A stretch of DNA of 64,000 bases from Eledone cirrhosa (Eukaryota): positions 104,842,001 through 104,906,000 of the forward strand of contig OZ024742.1 in NCBI GenBank assembly GCA_964016885.1. The letters run 5' to 3'. Positions 55,493 through 64,000 of this stretch are shown in pieces. The notes under the pieces were generated by a model. It was not told the origin of the DNA and did no database searches. It was given only the letters and a program-made list of their open reading frames with translations. Each line of letters begins with the position of its first letter. Position 1 is the stretch's first letter. The position numbers and the translations under genes were made by a program.

Positions 55493-56159
55493 ATACATAC
55501 ACACACACATATATATATATACACACGCACATACACACACACACACACACAAATATACTGATGGAATGAGCCCAAGAAGTTCACTTTGCAATCATATGAT
55601 TCCCAGTTCTATCCTACTGGATGGCACCTTTGGCAGGTACCTCCTACTATACTGACAGACCAATTGCCTTATGAATGAACTTTGTATAAGGAGCTCAGTA
55701 ACATACGTGAGATGGAGAACCCTGAGTTCTGATCTGGTTTGTGATGAACCATTCAACCTTTGCTAGCAGTTGGTGATTTATTTGAGAGGACTCTTCAGTT
55801 GTGTCAAAGACAGGACAAATTCCCTAATGTTGGTGATTTATGAAAATAATGCAAATTAGTGTGTATAGTGCTCAGGTGCACTACAACACATCAAAGGTGC
55901 ATGTATGCTACATAGAATAATATACAAATGTCAGGAAAGTGAACAGTATATGAGTCGTGATATACACACAGATACGTGTGTGTTTGTACGGATGGGGAAT
56001 ATCAGGTGTAGTGTTGGTAAATTACAGGGAGCATGGACGTTTTGAAGGGTGACTCTTCAACTGTGTTAAAGCACCACATTAGTGCTGGTGCCATGACAAA
56101 ATACACTTGGTAGAGCGCAGAACATAAATGAGTTAAATGAAAAACTGAACCTGTAGGAT

Positions 56160-56410
56160 GAATCAGAAACAGTTTTCAAGAGGGTAGACTGTGCTGATAC
56201 AGGAATGTAATATGTATGGATGACAGATAAGTAAAGAAGTGTCAAGCAATCCAGGTTGAAAAAGTATGTGGATGAAGGAAGACATGAGGAGACATGAGGC
56301 TGATTTCATGAGGCTGAACCTCATGAAGAAATGAAACATGTAGTAAGACAGTGTGTTGGATGAGACAAACACAAATCATGCAAGCATAGAGAGGAAGATG
56401 CAAACATGAT
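56160..56410 (+). mobile_element. Degenerate RTE 3' end
   Basis: agactgtgctgatacaggaatgtaatatgtatggatg (LRWYGHVMRM-like) and catgcaagcat tail. Confidence 0.5.
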
Positions 56411-56535
56411 AATAGACCCACACAGATATACCCATACATAGACAACTAGGTAAGGTAAGGGGCCTTTAACTGTTGGTTGACTTTGATGGCATTCCAACTC
56501 AGAGTTCAATGAGCTGAAACAAATACTGAGGTATT

Positions 56536-56568
<33 letters not shown>

Positions 56569-57109
56569 CCAGGGTTCAATTGGGGTTAACCACAATAAGT
56601 AAGGTATATATATACATATATATATCTTCCCCTCCCCGTAGCAGTGCCATCCAGTTCCACACTGTAAATGTGGTTGGTGTTAGGAAGGGCATCCAGATGT
56701 AAAACCCTGGCCAGATTTACAGTCCCATCAGCGCAAGGTACAGCATGGCCAGTTCTGGCCAGACAATGCAGATGACCTATCTAACCCATGTAAGCATGGA
56801 ACATGGACGTTAAACAGTGATGATGTTATATATATACATATATATGTGTGCGTGTGCATGTATACATATGTGTGTGTATATACATATATATATATATATA
56901 TAAAGACCGTCCAAACCCATGCAAGCGTGGAATATGGACGCTAAACGATGATGATGATGATGATGATGATAAAGACTTTCTCATGCCAATAGAGAAGTTA
57001 TATAGAAAAGCAAAATACCAGCAATACATAACATATACAAACTTCACACAGCAGAAGTAGGGTAGAGGCAGCATGTAAAGACAGCTAGTATGACAATATC
57101 TTGTACTAT

Positions 57110-58052
57110 CACTGTCACCACCACCACCACCATCACCACTGACACTACCACCACTGCCACCACCACTGCCACCACTGCCACCACCACCATCACTGCCATT
57201 ACTACCACCGCCACCACCATCACCACTGCTACTACCACCACTGCCACCACCACCACTGCCACCACCACTGCCACTAGCACCACTGCCACCACCACTACCA
57301 CCAATGCCATCACCACCACTGCCACTACCACCATTGCCACCACCACCACTGCCACGACCACCACCACCACTGCCACTGCCCCCACCACTACCACCACTGC
57401 CAACTACCACCACTGCCACCACCACTACCACCACTGCCACTACCACCACTGCCACCACCACCACCACCATCACCACTGCCACTACCACCACTGCCACCAC
57501 CATCACTGCCACTGCCACTACCACCACCACCACTACCACCATTGCCATCACCACCACCACCACTGCCATTACTACCACCACTGCCATCACTTCCACTGCC
57601 ACCACCACCACCTCCACTGCCACTACCACCACTGCCACCACCACTACCACCATCACCACTGCCACTACCACCACTGCCACCACCACCACTGCCACTGCCA
57701 CTACCACCACCACCACTACCACCATTGCCATCACCACCACCACCACTGCCATTACTACCACCACTGCCATCACCACCACTGCTACTACCACCACCACCAC
57801 CACCACTGCCACCACTGCCACCACCACCATCACTGCCATTACTACCACCGCCACCACCATCACCACTGCCACCACCACCACCACCACTGCCACCACCATC
57901 ACTGCCATTACTACCACCGCCATCACCACCACCACCACCACCACCACCACCACCACCACCACCACCACCACTGCCACCACCATCACTGCCATTACTACCA
58001 CCACCACCACCACCACCACCATCACCACCACCACCACCACCACCACCACCAC
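57110..58052. repeat. Compound trinucleotide microsatellite (ACC/ACT/GCC)n
   Basis: Direct inspection. Confidence 0.95.
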
Positions 58053-58610
58053 CTCATTGCTAATCATTTCATCACACACACAATGCCATAAATGTCCTGG
58101 TAAGAATTACTGTTGTTGTTGTTGCTACTGTTGTCATTACTACTGTTGTTTCTACTGTAGGTGTTGCTGTTCCTTCTTCTGTTGTTGTTGTTGTTGTTGT
58201 TGCTGTTTATACTGCTGCTATCATTAGTTGTTATTGTTGTTGTTTCTACTGCTGATACTGTAAGTTGTTGTTTTTCCTGTTGATATTGCTACTGTAGTTG
58301 TTGTTACTATTTGTGTTTGTTTTTATTACTGTTGTTGTTGTCACTGTTGATCATACTGGTGTTGTTGTTACTACTGTTGTTACAGATGTTAATGCTATTT
58401 AGCCCCATACTAGCTCTCATTAAGCCATCCTATCATCAAATATATTCCAACCATGACTATCCCCATCTTATTCAAATAGTACTTCCATGACAATATTGAA
58501 CTAATGTGTCCTTCCTTACTTTCATAAGATGGGAGTTAGGGTGAGATTTTGAGATGATTTGGCTGCTATTTTTAGTAGTAGGTGACAGAGGCTTTCTCTG
58601 TTGTTCTCAT

Positions 58611-58824
58611 TTAACCCTTTAGCATTTGCATCACTCTATATATACTATTGTATTTTCATGGTAAGGCTTTAGCTACATAATATTAAATCTACGAGATTTT
58701 GATGTTATTTATTTTGAGAACAATAACTTAATATAGGTATGAGTGACTGATTACAACCAGTTTGAACAGGAAAAGATGAGAGAATTCTAGCTGGATATAG
58801 CCGGTTTAAATGCTAAAGGGTTAA
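58611..58824. mobile_element. piggyBac-like MITE
   Basis: TTAA-ccctttagcattt ... aaatgctaaaggg-TTAA perfect termini. Confidence 0.85.
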
Positions 58825-59772
58825 TTTTAATTGTTGTTATTGTTATTGTAGTTGCTGGTGTGAACACAAATTGGCCGAATGGTTAAGGAATTCGCTTTGC
58901 AATCTTTGGGTCCCAGATTCGATCCCACTACATGGATCTTGAGCAAGTATCATTTGTCATAACCTCAGGCTGGCCCATGCTTTCTGAGTGAAACTGTTTG
59001 GAAGCCCAATGAATGGATTGTGCCTGTAATTCAAAGGTCAGCCTTGTCAAACATTGTATCATGCTGAATCTCCCTGAGAATTACATTAAACAAATGCATA
59101 TCTGTGGAATGATCAGCCACTTACTCATAACTTACGAAAAGGCTATTCCATTGATTGAACTGGAACACTCATCGTTGAAACAAAGGGAGGTCCATTACAT
59201 TTTTATAAGGTAGATGGTTGAGGAGATTTGGGGGGAGATTTGGCTGCTATTTTTAGCATGTGTAGTAGGTGACATAGAGGCTTTCTCCGTTTGTTGTTGT
59301 AGTTGTAGTTGTAATAGTAATTATAGTTGTTGTAACAATCATTTTCTTGTTGTGATTTTGATGTTGTTGTTGTTGCTCATAGTGTTTTTGTTATTGTAGT
59401 TGTTGTTGTTGCTACTAGTGTTGTTGTTTATGTGACTTACTGTCAGCCACTTAACACAGAGTCAGAAGGAGCAAGCATAAGAAGGCAGTAAACAATGATT
59501 TTGTTGAGGATGATGGTGGGAGGTAGTATTTGTAGTAGTGGTGGTGGTGATGGGGGATATGGTAGTAACAGTGGTGATAGTGATGGGGATGGGGTGTTGT
59601 ATCAGGGTCGTTGTGGGGGTGATATTGGTTGGAGTAATGGTGCTAGTAGTAGTGGTGATGGTGGTGGTAACAGTGAAGGAGGGGTGCTTGGTATGATGAT
59701 GATAGTAATAACAGTAGTAGTGTTCGGATGATTCTGATCACAGAGTAGTAGTAGTAGTAGTAGTAGTAGTAA

Positions 59773-59808
<36 letters not shown>

Positions 59809-59879
59809 CAGCAGCAGCAGCAGCAGTGGTGATGATGGTGGTAATGACAGTGATGTGTTTTTGATTAAGCCCACATTAT

Positions 59880-60182
59880 CAAAACAGCGCAGCTCTCATG
59901 ACTTTCAGAAACATTTTTTCACGTTCAGAGATACTGAAGCATGGAACAAGCTACCTGCATTGGTTATTAGCTGCTGGGACATTGCATCCTCCAAAACCTC
60001 CATGTTTCCTGAAATTTGCCAACACTACACCTGATATTCCCCTTCCATACACACGCATGCTGTGTGTATATCATGACTCATACACTGTTCACTTTCCTGG
60101 CATTTGTACATTATTCTATGTACTATACATGCACCTTTGATGAGTTGTAGTGCACCTGAGCATTGTACACAATTTCATTATT
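59880..60182 (+). mobile_element. CR1/L2-like LINE 3' end
   Basis: QKHFFTFRDTEAWNKLP motif, then 3' UTR ...gagttgtagtgcacctgagca.tgtacacaatttcatta. UTR copies at about 22985-23155, 42505-42585 (minus) and 55845-56050 (minus). Confidence 0.7.
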
Positions 60183-60199
60183 GTTTGAGGGCGGTGGAT

Positions 60200-60415
60200 T
60201 GGCAGTATAGGTAGAGGGTCGGATGCCATGCTTTGACACATAGAGTTATGGCCCTTGCCATTCTGAGTTCAAATCCTGCCGAGGTTAACTTTGCCTTTCA
60301 TCCTTACGGAGTCGATAAAATAAAGTACCAGTAATACACTGGCATAATTGCTGGCCTTGTGCCAAAGGTAGAAACAATTATTATTATTATTATTATTATT
60401 ATTGTTATTGTTATT
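60200..60415 (+). mobile_element. Nin-type SINE whose (TTA)n tail hosts the Dong insertion
   Basis: Homologous to 24571-24760. Confidence 0.9.
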
Positions 60416-62098
60416 CCTTGAATCTCAGTCATTGATGTTGGTTAACTGGAAAGTCCGTTGGATTGAATATCAAGCCACTACCTGCAGCCTCAGATATTCA
60501 GGACGTATCGGAGGGTTCTTGCCGTTCCAAGCAAGCATGCCTTTTGAAGCGTTCCAAAAAGCGTGAAGGGGCCGATTTTCTTTAACCATCCCTGGAAACC
60601 TTTGGAGATAGTCCCCAGTGCGCCTATGACAATCGGGATCACTTTGACTTCATGGCAGTTCCAAATCCTTTTCACCTCCCACTTTAGGTCCTGGTATCGG
60701 TTAATTTTCTCCCTCTCCTTCTCTTGCACTCTCGTGTCGAACGGGCAGGCCACATCCACAATCAGGCACGATCTTTTTTCTTTGTCCACAACCACCAGGT
60801 CAGGTCTATTGTGTTCCAGTTTTTTGTCCGTCTGTATCCTAAAATCCCACAGCACCTTCACCTGACTGTTCTCCATCACCGCCTCTGGCCTATGCTCATA
60901 CCATTTCTCAGAATGTGGTAGATTGTTTACTTTGCACAGGTGCCAGTGGATCACCCTGCCCATCACATCGTGTCTCCAGCCCTTATAGTGGGTCTGGGCT
61001 AGGTGTTTACACTCGGACACAATGTGAGCCACAGTCTCCTCTCTCTCTCCACAGATCCTGCACAGTGGGCTAGCCTCCTCCTTGTAGATATGGTGCTTCA
61101 ACCACTTCGTTTTGAGGGCCTGCTCCTGCGCAGCCATTAGCATTCCTTCTGTAGCCTTTTTGAGGTCTCCTCTTCTCAACCAATTCCATGTCTGTGGATC
61201 TCTAAATTCAGTTTTCTCAAAGAAGGTACTATGAAGGGATTTTCCCTTAAGGCTGCTCTTCCTCCTTGATGTTATTTCCTCCTTGGATATCCCCTGGCCT
61301 ACTGTCCCCTCCTTCAGTACAGCTCTGAGCATTGGCTCCTTACTATAGGTCACGTATTTGTATAGGTTGTTTTTCTCCATCTGAACACAGTCCTCTATGC
61401 TGATAAGACCTCTTCCACCCTCAGATCTCCTTAGGTAGAGTCTATCGACATCACTCCTCTTGTGGAACATGTTGTAGATAGTCAATAGCTTCCTAGTCTT
61501 CCTATCCATTTCTTTTTGTTCAGCAACATTCCATCTCAGAATTCCCGCACTGTACCTAATAATAGACACAGCTCGGGAATTTACTGCGCTTATGGCATTT
61601 CTGCTGTTCAGATGTGACTTCAATACGCTCCTTACTCTCCGAATGTATTCAGTTCTTAACAATTCCTTCATTTTTTTGTTCTTTATGCCATCAGCCTCCA
61701 GAACGCCCAAATACTTGTATCCTTCCTCAGAGTCAATTTCCTTTATCATCTCACCTGTTGGTATCTGGATCCCATTACTTCTGCTCAACCTACCCCTCCT
61801 CATCACAATGACTCCACATTTACCAATACCAAACTGCATACATATATCACTGCTGAAAATACGGACAGTGTCAACAAGCACATCCAACTCCTTCTCACTT
61901 TTCCCGAAGAGCTTAAGATCGTCCATGAAGAGGAGGTGATTGATGGTAAGCTCTCCCCTTCCCAACTTGTATCCTGCTCTCACTTTTCGCAGCATAATGG
62001 TCAAGGGCATCAGGGCAAGGACAAACAACAGAAGGGACAGGCTATCTCCCTGGAAGATACCTCTCTTGATCTTCACGCTTCCCAAGGATACTCCAGTT

Positions 62099-62099
<1 letters not shown>
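60416..62099 (-). mobile_element. 5'-truncated Dong/R4-clade non-LTR retrotransposon inserted in (TAA)n
   Basis: (TTA)n on both sides, RT/zinc knuckle/REL ORF, short 3' UTR. Confidence 0.92.
60490..62085 (-). CDS. Retrotransposon ORF (partial): reverse transcriptase C-terminal half, CCHC zinc knuckle, restriction-like endonuclease
   Basis: RGIFQGDSLS, LLFMDDLKL, YKYLG, CRICGEREETVAHIVSEC, RHD, RPDLVVVD...DVACPFD...EKINRYQDL. 531 aa without stops. Confidence 0.92.
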   Translation of the reverse strand: MGSVKIKRGIFQGDSLSLLLFVLALMPLTIMLRKVRAGYKLGRGELTINHLLFMDDLKLFGKSEKELDVLVDTVRIFSSDICMQFGIGKCGVIVMRRGRLSRSNGIQIPTGEMIKEIDSEEGYKYLGVLEADGIKNKKMKELLRTEYIRRVRSVLKSHLNSRNAISAVNSRAVSIIRYSAGILRWNVAEQKEMDRKTRKLLTIYNMFHKRSDVDRLYLRRSEGGRGLISIEDCVQMEKNNLYKYVTYSKEPMLRAVLKEGTVGQGISKEEITSRRKSSLKGKSLHSTFFEKTEFRDPQTWNWLRRGDLKKATEGMLMAAQEQALKTKWLKHHIYKEEASPLCRICGEREETVAHIVSECKHLAQTHYKGWRHDVMGRVIHWHLCKVNNLPHSEKWYEHRPEAVMENSQVKVLWDFRIQTDKKLEHNRPDLVVVDKEKRSCLIVDVACPFDTRVQEKEREKINRYQDLKWEVKRIWNCHEVKVIPIVIGALGTISKGFQGWLKKIGPFTLFGTLQKACLLGTARTLRYVLNI

Positions 62100-62143
<44 letters not shown>

Positions 62144-62428
62144 GCTTGGACCTCAGAGAGTTGATCCAGGTAGAGCCACTACTTTTCCAAATTGAGAAAG
62201 TACAGCTCTGATATTAGGAATATGTAGTTAGAAATTACTGGACAGATTTTACAGGCAAAATCAACCAGCAGTAAATCCAGGGATAGACCCTGAGCAAGAT
62301 GGTTGGATAACATTCATGAGCTCAGCTGATCTCACTTAGGGATCCAGTTGGATCGATTGGAAACAATTGCTTCTGACCAGAGTTGCTGAAATGAATACTT
62401 GACAACTCAGCCTCAACAACCCTCCCAG

Positions 62429-62430
<2 letters not shown>
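62144..62430 (+). mobile_element. Degenerate RTE-like 3' fragment between TAA tracts
   Basis: LRELIQVEPLLFQIEKVQL... and a decayed GRPRARWLDNI-like segment (gatagaccctgagcaagatggttggataacatt). Confidence 0.5.
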
Positions 62431-62483
<53 letters not shown>

Positions 62484-62485
<2 letters not shown>

Positions 62486-62911
62486 GAGGGTATGCCTGCT
62501 AATTGATATGTCTGTTCCAATAGACAAGAATGTATCTATAAAAACATTTGAAAAATTGAGCAAGTATAAGGACCTGGAGATAGAAATTGGAAAAATGTGA
62601 AAATTGAGAACTAAAACAATACCAGTGGTTGTAGGCGCTCTGGGAATGATACCTAAGGGGTCTAATGATTACTTATCGCAAATCCCAGGAAACCCGCGTA
62701 TAGGAGAAATACAAAAGATAGTACTAATGGGAACTGCCCATATACTAAGGAAGATTCTGTCAATATAAGTACATCACAAGTCTAAACACTAAAGATGCAT
62801 GTGTGAATATGTATGTTCTTTCTTGAACATGGCGGACCTTGTTTTCTCTTGAGGTCACTGGTTGTGACTTGGTGATAACTCGTATGAACATAAAGCAAGA
62901 TAAATGCAACT

Positions 62912-62912
<1 letters not shown>
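62484..62912 (+). mobile_element. Second Dong/R4-family fragment (REL domain plus 3' UTR) in (TAA)n
   Basis: CLLIDMSVPIDKNVSIKTFEKLSKYKDL...IPVVVGALG...IQKIVLMGTAHILRKILSI with one premature stop. TAA repeats on both sides. Confidence 0.88.
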
Positions 62913-62949
<37 letters not shown>

Positions 62950-62950
<1 letters not shown>

Positions 62951-64000
62951 CTTTCTTTATTAACCACAAGGGTTTACATAAAGTAGACATTAAGGACAGT
63001 ACAGGACAATACAGGACGGTACAAATGGGCATTTCTGTGTGTAAAAAAACAGAGGATGTAATAAAAAAATAACAATGAAAAAATTCCCCAGAGACTTCCG
63101 AGGGACATTTGTGGAGAAAGCCCAGTAAAAAGCCATAGTGACCCTGACCACCAGGGCAAGTGCCCTCTCCCAGTTTTCCACCTTTAATTTACAGACAGAT
63201 ACTCAGAGTAGGCCCATTCACTCGGGCCATTCTTGCTTCTCTCACCCATCTTTCAACAAAATGCTGGGAAGAGAGCACTTCCCTCTCTACCCTGATTTTC
63301 CTTTTCAAATGAAATTTGAAAAAGTCAATCAGGGCATCACCGAAGAGGTAAGTGCTCGTCTTCAGCCCTTTCAAATGTGTCCACCATACTATCTCTTTCG
63401 CCATGGCCACCAGACAGATAAAAACTGCCTGCCCTTCCTGGCTAAAGGAAGAGGGCGGGGAAATCCTCACGATGAACTCAGCTGATAGCTGGATCCGTCC
63501 TACACGTGACAGCAGGTGTTCGACATAAACCCACAAGTCAGCAATGCTCGGACACTGGACGAGTGGTTGCAGGACGGTTTCGTCGCCCTGCGCGCATCTC
63601 GGACATGCCCGGCTGACGGCACCTCCATGCCTGTAGAGTTTATCCCGAACTAGCAAAGCTCTTCGGTAGCACTGCCAGGCCAGGGATTTCTGGAAGTTGT
63701 CCATAGGCCCCGGCCCGAAAGTCCTTCCGAAGAGATTGGCTAGTTGATTTTCGTCGACGCCTAGAGTTTCTCCACGTACGTCGTCGCTCTTCCCCTCCAC
63801 TAATCCTCTATAGAACGCCAAGGTGGAGTTTCCATCGATCACATTGCCCGATTGGTCGAGGGCTGTGAGCGCCTGAAGACATTCCAGTCTCCAAGCGCTC
63901 CCTCTCGGTCTTCGCTTGACCCAGGACTGCAGCTCCGTCAAGGAGACGAGCTGGGGAAAAACGTGTCTAGCAAACGGCGACCACACCTGATCACCGTCGA
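62950..64000 (-). mobile_element. Tx1/L1-clade LINE 3' region (runs off window)
   Basis: ORF 63189-63986 with a CPRC...ETV..(H)...C zinc-knuckle region. 3' UTR ends AATAAAGAAA next to (AAT)n. Confidence 0.85.

Noticed and set aside
56826-58227. Poly-T/H/P/V ORFs
   Set aside because: Compound (ACC)n microsatellite.

Overview
AT-rich, repeat-saturated eukaryotic DNA. The tRNA-derived Nin/CORE-type SINEs, RTE, Dong/R4 and Tx1 LINEs and dense (TA)n/(CA)n/(CAT)n microsatellites point to a coleoid cephalopod, probably an octopus (inference). Almost all listed ORFs are artefacts of simple repeats. Real coding signal is limited to one probable first exon on the minus strand (46876-47052, strong ATG context and GTGAGT donor, protein not recognised) and retrotransposon ORF fragments, including an uninterrupted 531-aa Dong/R4 RT-zinc knuckle-REL ORF inserted in (TAA)n. 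There is also a U2 snRNA 5' pseudogene and several piggyBac-like and Tc1/mariner-like MITEs. The most interesting signal is a dispersed set of short non-coding elements embedded in (TA)n tracts. They carry type I hammerhead ribozyme motifs (10048, 10939, 11161 minus, 38818 and its mirror, 44328) and/or long fold-back palindromes. Several palindromes are centred on what would be hammerhead stem II, and otherwise unrelated families share a small 3' hairpin (ACTCTAC-loop-GTATTGAGTAC). These resemble Penelope-like element/retrozyme termini that self-primed on their own RNA hairpins during insertion. All calls were made by eye; no searches or folding programs were run.
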